Assembly: GCA_038740245.1 (NCBI GenBank)
Contig: JAVYLZ010000023.1
Coordinates: 1-10,259 of the forward strand
DNA from: Candidatus Micrarchaeia archaeon
Lineage (GTDB): Archaea; Micrarchaeota; Micrarchaeia; CAILAH01
DNA: 10,259 nt
Direction: 5' to 3'
A program made the translations under genes and the position numbers. Shown piece after piece: positions 1 through 6,317 of the stretch. The notes below the pieces were generated by a model. The model was not told the DNA's origin. It did no database searches and saw only the letters and a program-made list of their open reading frames with translations. The first letter of the stretch is position 1. Each line of letters starts with the position of its first letter.

Positions 1-457
1 CGCTTACACTGCCCACATCAACCCTGAACATCATGTTAAACGGCTTTACCTCGCCGAACTTGGCCGCACCGCATACCGGGCACTTGATGCCATTCTGCTG
101 TATCGCTTCCGTCATCTCGGCAAGTGACATGTGCGAAGCATCCATTCCCAGCGCCTCATTTATAAGATGGTCAGCACGGAACCTGCGCTTGCAAGCCAAG
201 CACTCGGCAAGCGGGTCGTTGAAGTTTTCCACGTGGCCGCTTGCCTTCAGGGCCTGCTCGGGAAGTATGCTTGCACCGTCAATTTCCAGGAAGCCGTCCT
301 GCTTCAGGAATATCTCGCGCCAAAGCGCGATTATGCGCTGGCGGATTGCCGTGCCCACCGGGCCGTAATCATAAAATCCTGCAAGCGGGTTATAAATCTC
401 GGATGTTGGGATTATGACTGCGCGCTTGACAAGTATGCTGTAAAGCTTCTCGTGCAT
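1..457 (-). CDS. glyS: Glycine--tRNA ligase (archaeal/eukaryotic alpha2 type), 5' part; runs off the window start
   Basis: Manual translation from ATG at 457: MHEKLYSILVKRAVIIPTSEIYNPLAGFYDYGPVG...ALKASGHVENFNDPLAECLACKRRFRADHL...KCPVCG...FNMMF. These match the GlyRS motifs SEIY-GFYDYGP, ASGHxxxFxDP, FRADHL and FNxMF. An in-frame stop lies upstream at 487-485. Not in the ORF track. Confidence 0.96.
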   Translation of the reverse strand, partial: MHEKLYSILVKRAVIIPTSEIYNPLAGFYDYGPVGTAIRQRIIALWREIFLKQDGFLEIDGASILPEQALKASGHVENFNDPLAECLACKRRFRADHLINEALGMDASHMSLAEMTEAIQQNGIKCPVCGAAKFGEVKPFNMMFRVDVGSVS

Positions 458-475
458 AGCCCCATAATAGATATG

Positions 476-492
476 GAAACTTAATTAATTTG
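476..492. promoter_or_regulatory. Putative bidirectional TATA box for glyS (-) and nop5 (+)
   Basis: Palindromic TTAATTAA at 481-488, centred in the 54-bp spacer and 23 nt from each ATG. A-rich BRE-like sequence precedes it on both strands. Confidence 0.6.
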
Positions 493-511
493 CCTGCCCA
501 AAAGCCTATTT

Positions 512-1279
512 ATGAGCGCAATTTCACGTGATGAGCTTCTCAGGAAGGTTAAAGACCAGCTTAAGAATGCGTACACCACTGAGGACTTTGTCCAGCAGGC
601 CTCCCTTACCATGGATGACCTTGACCACGTGCTAAACGTGATGTTTGAGCACCTGCACAACTGGTACTCAATATACCTGCCTGAGCTTCAGGATACAGAC
701 GACAGGCGTGTGTATCTTGAGATTGTGGAGAAATACTCAAAGGAGGACCCGAAAAGTATAAGCAACTTAAGTGAAGAGGCAAAGAAACATGTGCCGGCCG
801 GTGAATCAATCGGCGCGCGTGTCAACAAGGAGGACCTTGAGGCGCTTAGGGAATTTGCAAGGCGGCTCAGGGAGATGTACGACCTTCGCGAGTACCTGGA
901 CAATTACAGGAACAAGAAGGTTGAATCCATAGCAAAGAACCTCTCATACCTGCTGGGGACTGCACTTGCTACAAAGCTTATAGTGGAGGCCAAGGGCCTC
1001 AAGCGGCTCGCCAACCTGCCGGCCAGCAGCATACAGGTGCTTGGTGCTGAAAAGGCGCTGTTCATGCACCTTACTGCACATACACGGCCCCCCAAGCACG
1101 GCATCATATTCCTGCACCCCGCACTGAGAGGCATGAAAAGGGCATACAGGGGCAAGGTTGCGCGGATGATTGCCGCAAAGGTATCAATTGCGGCAAAAGC
1201 CGATGCGTACAGCAAGAATTTCATCGCGCCCGCCCTCAAGGAAGACCTTGAGAAAAAAATCAAGGCGCTCGTGAAATGA
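512..1279 (+). CDS. nop5: Nop5 (Nop56/58 family) box C/D sRNP protein, short form
   Basis: WYSIYLPEL coiled-coil/tip motif and Nop-domain motifs LANLPASSIQVLGAEKALF, PPKHGIIF, RGKVARMIAAKVSIAAKAD. Confidence 0.95.
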   Translation: MSAISRDELLRKVKDQLKNAYTTEDFVQQASLTMDDLDHVLNVMFEHLHNWYSIYLPELQDTDDRRVYLEIVEKYSKEDPKSISNLSEEAKKHVPAGESIGARVNKEDLEALREFARRLREMYDLREYLDNYRNKKVESIAKNLSYLLGTALATKLIVEAKGLKRLANLPASSIQVLGAEKALFMHLTAHTRPPKHGIIFLHPALRGMKRAYRGKVARMIAAKVSIAAKADAYSKNFIAPALKEDLEKKIKALVK

Positions 1280-1291
1280 GTGGAGTGCACT

Positions 1292-1945
1292 ATGCTGAAG
1301 CTGCTTGCCTTTTCCGACCTGCACGGCAGCAGGTATGCCCTTGACAGGCTGAAAGCGCTGTTTGCAGGGAGGAAATATGATGCGGTACTAATTTGCGGGG
1401 ACATTATTGACTATTCTGGGATTGGGTTCCTGGACGAGCTGCTCGCCTCCATGGGCACTACTCCGTGCTTTGCAATCCCGGGAAACATAGACACCCCGGA
1501 CGTATCAAGGCGGCTAGCAGAAGCTGGCGTTTCAGTGGACCGCCAAGTGCGCGCTTTCAATGGGTTTGAAGTGTTCGGGATAGGGGGGGCAGTGCGCGGG
1601 CCGTTCGGCACGCCGAACGAGTATGACGATAATGAGCTATGGGCCCGGCTGCAAAAAATCGCACTAAACCATCCATCCATTGTGCTGTCGCATTCGCCGC
1701 CGTACGGCTTTTTTGATGATGTTGGGGGTGCGCATGTTGGCTCGCGCAGTGTGCTTAAATTCATGGACAGGAACATGCCGGTCCTCCTTGCGTGCGGCCA
1801 CATACACCAGCACGAAGGCATTGTGCGGCACGGCAAAACAACAATAGTCAAGCTGCCCGCTGCAAAAGAGAAAGGTGCGGCAACAATTACGATAAGAAAT
1901 TCCGCTGGGGAATATGCCGTTGAAATGCAAAAAATAAGGCTCTAA
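1292..1945 (+). CDS. Calcineurin-like metallophosphoesterase (Icc-related, COG2129-like)
   Basis: Motifs SDLHG, CGDII, PGNID, HSPP and CGHIH in canonical order. ATG 1292 is preferred over GTG 1280 because GGAGTG (1282-1287) lies just upstream. Confidence 0.9.
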   Translation: MLKLLAFSDLHGSRYALDRLKALFAGRKYDAVLICGDIIDYSGIGFLDELLASMGTTPCFAIPGNIDTPDVSRRLAEAGVSVDRQVRAFNGFEVFGIGGAVRGPFGTPNEYDDNELWARLQKIALNHPSIVLSHSPPYGFFDDVGGAHVGSRSVLKFMDRNMPVLLACGHIHQHEGIVRHGKTTIVKLPAAKEKGAATITIRNSAGEYAVEMQKIRL

Positions 1946-1950
1946 AAAAT

Positions 1951-2532
1951 TTATTCCTTAGGCAAGGATTTCTCCTTGAAAATCTCCGTCTTAATTACCT
2001 CAAACCTCTTTACGGGCACAATCTTCCTGAGCTTGGGGTATACCTGCGCGGAAAGCTTCTTGAAGAGCACTTCCTGCATAAACTCGTCATAGCTCAGCGC
2101 TGCCGCCCGCTCAATTATTACCTTCTCGGCAATCTTGCGCAGCGATATGCGGGTGGCGTTGCTTACCTTGTTGGCCGCAACAATTGCGCTCTTTACGCTC
2201 ACGTTGACGCCGTCCTTGGTCTTCACCTTGACGACATCATCAACGAGCGACATCCTCCTGCGCGCAAGCGTCCTGAGATAGCTGCGTATGAGCTCATGGC
2301 CGACCAGCGTTGTATAGGCGGTCTTGCCCTTGACCTCGCTGACACGCAGGTTGACACGCGTATAGCTGTGCGATATCTCGCCCGTGAGATCGCTAAGGTT
2401 CACCACAACCATGCGGTCCATAAGGCTCGCATCATCAATGGCGAGCACGTCGCCGATCCTCTTCTCATCAAACACCTTGGGTGCGATGACTGAATACCAG
2501 GATTTAACCTTCCACTTGTCTGTGCGTGCCAT
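1951..2532 (-). CDS. rps3ae: 30S ribosomal protein S3Ae (eS1)
   Basis: DKWKVKSWYSVIAP N-terminus, GHELIRSYLRTLARRRMSLVD, KIVPVKRFEVIK. GAGGT Shine-Dalgarno-like site at 2543-2539. Confidence 0.96.
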   Translation of the reverse strand: MARTDKWKVKSWYSVIAPKVFDEKRIGDVLAIDDASLMDRMVVVNLSDLTGEISHSYTRVNLRVSEVKGKTAYTTLVGHELIRSYLRTLARRRMSLVDDVVKVKTKDGVNVSVKSAIVAANKVSNATRISLRKIAEKVIIERAAALSYDEFMQEVLFKKLSAQVYPKLRKIVPVKRFEVIKTEIFKEKSLPKE

Positions 2533-2536
2533 CCAA

Positions 2537-2992
2537 TTACCTCACAAGAAGTGCTGCTTTCTCCGGGTCATACTTCCAGTTGTTAAGCCGCCCGGTGCGG
2601 TTAAGGTAGCTTACAGTCCTCCTTATCTTTGCCTCTATGTGCTCAAGCTTTATCCTGTTGCTCTTGTCCGCGCGGTTGGCCTTCAGGTGCCTCCTAACGC
2701 GCACCGCACGCTTGATAAGGTCCATAAGGTCAGGCGGAAATTCGCGCTTCGCGCCCTTCTCGGCAAGTATTTTTGAGAGCCGCTTGCCGGTTGCCGCCTT
2801 TACATCGGGCACCGCATACTGGTCGCGCAGGATTATGCCTATTTGCGCGGGCTCCTTGCCTTCCTTGGCCAGCTTCTCAATAATTGCCTCTATTTCCTCG
2901 GGCTTCTTGTCAACCCATGAAGGGTTCTCCCTAGGGAAATGCCGTTTTGACCGTCTTGACTTGCCACCTTTGCGAGTGTGCAAACGTACCAT
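2537..2992 (-). CDS. rps15: 30S ribosomal protein S15 (uS15, archaeal type)
   Basis: MVRLHTRKGGKS, IGIILRDQYAVPDVK, PPDLMDLIKRAV, IEAKIRRTVSY, WKYDP. AGGTG upstream of the ATG. Confidence 0.97.
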   Translation of the reverse strand: MVRLHTRKGGKSRRSKRHFPRENPSWVDKKPEEIEAIIEKLAKEGKEPAQIGIILRDQYAVPDVKAATGKRLSKILAEKGAKREFPPDLMDLIKRAVRVRRHLKANRADKSNRIKLEHIEAKIRRTVSYLNRTGRLNNWKYDPEKAALLVR

Positions 2993-3038
2993 TCAATACC
3001 ACCTTAAATACTTCCGTCGGATATTTCAGCGATGCTAA

Positions 3039-3056
3039 ATTTATAACCTTTTATAC
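3039..3056 (-). promoter_or_regulatory. Putative BRE/TATA promoter of rps15-rps3ae
   Basis: Minus strand reads TATAAAAGGTTATAAAT: two TATA-like boxes about 48-63 nt upstream of the rps15 ATG. Confidence 0.55.
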
Positions 3057-3075
3057 CGCACCGAGATAATCCCCC

Positions 3076-3082
3076 AAAAAAA
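3076..3082 (-). terminator. Putative oligo-U terminator after dnaG
   Basis: T7 run on the minus strand directly after the dnaG stop codon, typical of archaeal intrinsic terminators. Confidence 0.4.
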
Positions 3083-4462
3083 TTATTGGGAGGTGTATAT
3101 GCGCAGTCCCTCCGGGCGCTTTGATATGTTGCCCTCCTTTATGCCCGCAATGCGCTGCACGCCTTTTGACGCCGCCAAATCAACAAGCCGCTGCGTTATA
3201 ATGCCGTCAAGCACCACTGACTCCGGCTTGGCCTGCGTGCTGTTAAGCTCGGTTATGAGGTCGCGCACGGGAAGCTCCTTTATAAGAGCCCCGTCGCTGC
3301 CAATAAGCCGCGCCTTCAGCGTGCCGTTAAGCTCTGAAAGGTGCGACTTGAGCTCGTCGGGCACACTCTGGCGCGGCTGCACGGGCGGCTCGCGCACGGG
3401 TGCCGGCTCGGGCATTGCACGTGCAGGCGGTTCTGCTGCGGCCTGCTCGGGCTCTGCGGCTGCATACTCGGCCCGCTCGGGCTGCTCAAATGCCGGCTTC
3501 TGCTCTGCCCGCGGCTCATACCTCTGCTGGCGCCGGCCTGCATCCTCGCGGTATTTCTGCTCATACCCGCCTTCACGCCTCTTCCTGAAATCCTCTGGCT
3601 GGGCACGGCCAATCTGCGGTCGCCTCTTGTTGTAATACTGCGACTCCGCCTGCTCAACAGGGACCTTGGCACGCAGCGCCTTTATCAGCTCCTTGCGTGA
3701 GAGCTCCTCAACCTCCCTGCCGGGCGGTGCCCTTGCAACAAAGTCAACATCGCACACATCAAGCACTTCGCGGAGTATTATGTCGCCGCCGCGGTCACCA
3801 TCAAGGAACAGCGTAAGCTCCTTGCGCTTGCTCAGGTCAACTATATACTTGGGCACAGATGCACCGCCAAGCGCAACAACGTTCTTTATGTCGTTCTTTA
3901 GCAGGTTTATTACGTCCGCACGGCCCTCAACAACGATTATTGAGTCAAACGTCTCTATGTCCGGCCCGCCCGTCACTTTCTCGGGGCCATACTCCACTGC
4001 ACCCGACGCCTTGACCTCATCACGCACAAGCTCAAGTATTTCCTTGCTCTCCGGGAGCGTTTCCGTAACAAGGCTCTTCAAAAGCACTTTTGCCCTGTCA
4101 ACAAGGACTTTGCGCTTGACGTTGCGCATATCCTCAATCTTTTTCACGGTGATTGTTGCCTCGCACGGGCCCACCCTGTCAACGCTTTCTATTGCTGCGG
4201 CAATGACGGAGGTCTCCACCATGTCAAGGCTTGAGGGAAGCAGTATCTTCCCAACGCTCCTGCCGTCCTTGGCTTCAAGCTCAACCTCAATCCTGCCTAT
4301 CCTGCCGCTCTTCTGCATCTCACGCAGGTCAAGCTCGTCCCCAAGCAAGCCCTCTGTCTGGCCAAAAATCGCGCCAACAACGTCCGGCTTCTCAACCAGC
4401 CCCTTTATCTCAAAGTCCGCATGGACCATGTATTTTACCGTGTCAATGTATATCTTCCCCAT
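3083..4462 (-). CDS. dnaG: Archaeal DnaG-like Toprim protein (exosome-associated RNA-binding subunit in studied archaea)
   Basis: VEKPDVVGAIFGQTEGLLG, QKSGRIGRIEV, DRVGPC, Toprim VVEGRADV...DGDRGG, APPGREVEEL and C-terminal LDGIITQRLVD. ATG 4462 (MGKIYIDTVKY) preceded by AAGGTG is preferred over GTG 4477. Confidence 0.96.
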   Translation of the reverse strand: MGKIYIDTVKYMVHADFEIKGLVEKPDVVGAIFGQTEGLLGDELDLREMQKSGRIGRIEVELEAKDGRSVGKILLPSSLDMVETSVIAAAIESVDRVGPCEATITVKKIEDMRNVKRKVLVDRAKVLLKSLVTETLPESKEILELVRDEVKASGAVEYGPEKVTGGPDIETFDSIIVVEGRADVINLLKNDIKNVVALGGASVPKYIVDLSKRKELTLFLDGDRGGDIILREVLDVCDVDFVARAPPGREVEELSRKELIKALRAKVPVEQAESQYYNKRRPQIGRAQPEDFRKRREGGYEQKYREDAGRRQQRYEPRAEQKPAFEQPERAEYAAAEPEQAAAEPPARAMPEPAPVREPPVQPRQSVPDELKSHLSELNGTLKARLIGSDGALIKELPVRDLITELNSTQAKPESVVLDGIITQRLVDLAASKGVQRIAGIKEGNISKRPEGLRIYTSQ

Positions 4463-4473
4463 ACCCTGCACCT

Positions 4474-4851
4474 TCACTTGCCTAAAAGCCGGCCGAAAAT
4501 ATACGGAACGTCCTCTATAGTCAAGGTGCCGAAAATCCGCCTAAACCTCTCACGCAGGGCAGTATTGACACGCACGCCCCTTGAAACCAGGAACGCCTCC
4601 GCCTTTGCCGCCTTTATCTCGCCCGACCTGTCAAAATCGGTCAGGATAACTGCAGGCATACCGGGCGGTGTGCCCGACCGCTCTGCCCTGTCAAGCGTCA
4701 TAACGCAGGCACGCACACCGATCCGCGAGAGGGCAGCAACGTCACGCTTGCCCTCTACAATGACCGCGTGCTCGTTGAGTTCATCCAGCAGCCGTACCAG
4801 GGCATCATTTTCTCCTGAACCCTTGTGCAACGCCACTGAAACCTTCCTCAC
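4474..4851 (-). CDS. Small stand-alone Toprim-domain protein (COG1658 / RNase M5-like domain)
   Basis: IVEGKRD and ILTDFDRSG Toprim motifs, located just upstream of dnaG. Start uncertain (GTG 4851, GTG 4836 or TTG 4830); overlaps the DUF167 3' end. Confidence 0.85.
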   Translation of the reverse strand: MRKVSVALHKGSGENDALVRLLDELNEHAVIVEGKRDVAALSRIGVRACVMTLDRAERSGTPPGMPAVILTDFDRSGEIKAAKAEAFLVSRGVRVNTALRERFRRIFGTLTIEDVPYIFGRLLGK

Positions 4852-5077
4852 TTATGCACAGCGCTACCCGCTTGTTCTTGCTCTTGTGACCGCTTATGAG
4901 CGATGCATCGCACTTAAAGGCCCGTGAAAGGACCTTAAGCAGCTGTATGTTCGCCCTGTTATCCTCAGCCGGCTCGGTCAGCCACACCTCCAAAAGGGGG
5001 GCATTTCCACAAGCCGGTTCGGATGTGATTATTTTTAAGTCCCTTGAGCGCGGATGTACCTTGACTTGAACTTCCAT
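4805..5077 (-). CDS. DUF167 / UPF0235 (YggU-like) protein
   Basis: From ATG 5077: MEVQVKVHPRS...LEVWLTEPAEDNRANIQLLKVLS...LISGHKSKNK, matching the family pattern VxVxPxS / PxxxxAN / GxxSxxK. Confidence 0.88.
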   Translation of the reverse strand: MEVQVKVHPRSRDLKIITSEPACGNAPLLEVWLTEPAEDNRANIQLLKVLSRAFKCDASLISGHKSKNKRVALCISEEGFSGVAQGFRRK

Positions 5078-5081
5078 CTTC

Positions 5082-5288
5082 GGCCACTCTCGGCCTTTTT
5101 GAATGCCACCAGCCACCTCTCACATGGCTGCTTTTCCTGTGCCGCCATCCATGCACCCCAAATGCTTGGGACGCTTGGCGGCGCTTCTTTGTGCACTTTC
5201 TTAGGCATCCCGAAGAAAGTGCTATGCTGCGCACTGTCGACCGATATTTCATCGCGCTACGGTGCTCGTATGGCCATCCATGCGCAGC
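5082..5288 (-). ncRNA. Candidate structured RNA (ncRNA or long 5' leader), family unknown
   Basis: Five consecutive stem-loops: 5288-5226, 5222-5193, 5182-5141, 5130-5110 and 5095-5082. G-U pairs favour the minus strand. TTTATATA (5320-5313) lies 24 nt upstream of the first stem. No convincing ORF. Confidence 0.6.
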
Positions 5289-5310
5289 GTGACTATTTTA
5301 AGGTATAGAC

Positions 5311-5322
5311 CCTATATAAAGC
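5311..5322. promoter_or_regulatory. Putative bidirectional TATA box for the DUF475 gene (+) and the structured RNA/DUF167 unit (-)
   Basis: TATATAAA at 5313-5320 (TTTATATA on minus), 22 nt before GTG 5343 and 24 nt before the first stem at 5288. Confidence 0.6.
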
Positions 5323-5342
5323 TATCGCCATCTAATCATAGT

Positions 5343-6278
5343 GTGGACCTGCTTACGATAATCCTTGTTGTGGCCGGCCTATGCCTGTTTGAGACCATCA
5401 GCAGCATTGACAACGCCATAATCAACGCGGAAGTGCTCGGCACAATGAAGGAGAAATACCGCAGGTGGTTCCTGGTATGGGGGCTGCTGTTCGCGGTCTT
5501 CTTCATAAGGGGCGTGCTGCCCTGGCTGATAGTATGGGTTTCCACGCCATCACTGGGCCCTGTTGATGCACTGCTTGCAACATTCAGCGATGACCCGCGC
5601 GTGATTGAGGCGATTGAAGAGTCGGCGCCGGTGCTGCTCATCGGTGGGGGCACATTCCTCATCTTTCTGTTTTTCCACTGGCTGTTCATTGAGCCGAAGC
5701 ATTACGGCCTTATAGGGGAGCGGTTCATACATTCGCAGGGCGTGTGGTTTTTTGCGGTTGTTTCCGTGCTGCTTACCATCATCGTATGGTTTGCCATAAA
5801 CACGCATCCAATGATGGCTTTCGGTGCGGTTGTGGGCTCAACCGCCTTCTTCATAACGCACGGGTTCAAGGAGAACGCCGAGAAGGCCGAGCGCGAGCTT
5901 ATGAAGGAAGGGATGTCCGATATCAGCAAGATATTCTACCTTGAAGTGATTGATGCAACATTCTCAATAGACGGTGTGCTTGGGGCGTTCGCGTTCACGC
6001 TCTCGGTTCCGCTCATACTAATCGGCAATGGGCTGGGCGCGCTTGTTGTAAGGCAGGTAACAATCAGCAACATAGAGAACATTAAGAGGTACAAATACCT
6101 TAAGAACGGTGCAATGTACTCAATACTTGTGCTTGGCACAATTATGCTGCTTGACTCGTTCGGGTTCCACATCCCGCCCTGGCTCTCCCCCATAGCAACT
6201 TTTGGCATTGTCGGCTACTTCTTCTGGCTGTCGCGTGATGAGTTGCGCAAGGCAGCTGCAAAGCCCGCCAGGAAATAG
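5343..6278 (+). CDS. DUF475 family (TerC-like) integral membrane protein
   Basis: Many hydrophobic helices with duplicated acidic motifs FETISSIDNAIINA and LEVIDATFSIDGVLGAFA, plus YLKNGAMYSI. GTG 5343 (MDLLTIIL) is preferred; the upstream extension in the ORF track crosses the TATA box. Confidence 0.88.
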   Translation: MDLLTIILVVAGLCLFETISSIDNAIINAEVLGTMKEKYRRWFLVWGLLFAVFFIRGVLPWLIVWVSTPSLGPVDALLATFSDDPRVIEAIEESAPVLLIGGGTFLIFLFFHWLFIEPKHYGLIGERFIHSQGVWFFAVVSVLLTIIVWFAINTHPMMAFGAVVGSTAFFITHGFKENAEKAERELMKEGMSDISKIFYLEVIDATFSIDGVLGAFAFTLSVPLILIGNGLGALVVRQVTISNIENIKRYKYLKNGAMYSILVLGTIMLLDSFGFHIPPWLSPIATFGIVGYFFWLSRDELRKAAAKPARK

Positions 6279-6283
6279 GTTAT

Positions 6284-6294
6284 AGGTTTTTATT
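6284..6294 (+). promoter_or_regulatory. Possible TATA box for the hypothetical-kaiC-like-trpS-acyP unit
   Basis: AGGTTTTTATT ending 23 nt before ATG 6318, the same spacing as the other candidate promoters. It could also act as a T-tract terminator for the DUF475 gene. Confidence 0.4.
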
Positions 6295-6317
6295 CATTCT
6301 TAGGGATAAGTGCTCTT

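Noticed and set aside
33..484. Plus-strand ORFs 33-368 and 131-484
   Set aside because: Antisense shadows of the glyS gene on the minus strand.
3093..4927. Long plus-strand ORFs (3093-3635, 3666-4520, 4421-4927 and others)
   Set aside because: Antisense to dnaG and the Toprim gene; Ser/Thr-rich mirror translations with no motifs.
5120..5142. CAGG-AAA-AGCAGCCA resembling SRP helix 8, or GGAAA of RNase P CR-I
   Set aside because: The GNRA-capped stem between CAGG and AGCA is missing, and no RNase P P4 partner (CR-V) is present.
5176..5230. 5S rRNA-like words on plus strand (GGCGGC...CATCCCGAA...GCTATGC)
   Set aside because: Helix II and the other 5S helices cannot be formed, and G-U evidence favours the opposite strand.
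5144..5283. Mini CRISPR array from the 11-nt direct repeat
   Set aside because: Only two short copies 129 nt apart, and no cas genes.
4965..5308. ORFs 4965-5252 (-) and 5054-5308 (+), plus a 10-codon ORF at 5281-5249 (-)
   Set aside because: No recognisable motifs and atypical composition; the two longer ORFs overlap DUF167. Dense base-pairing explains the region better.
5082..5342. yybP-ykoY manganese riboswitch upstream of the TerC-like DUF475 gene
   Set aside because: No GGGGAGUA-type conserved core. The structure favours the minus strand, and the DUF475 gene appears leaderless.
5262..5342. 27-aa N-terminal extension of the DUF475 ORF
   Set aside because: It crosses the TATA box; GTG 5343 gives a normal membrane-protein N-terminus.
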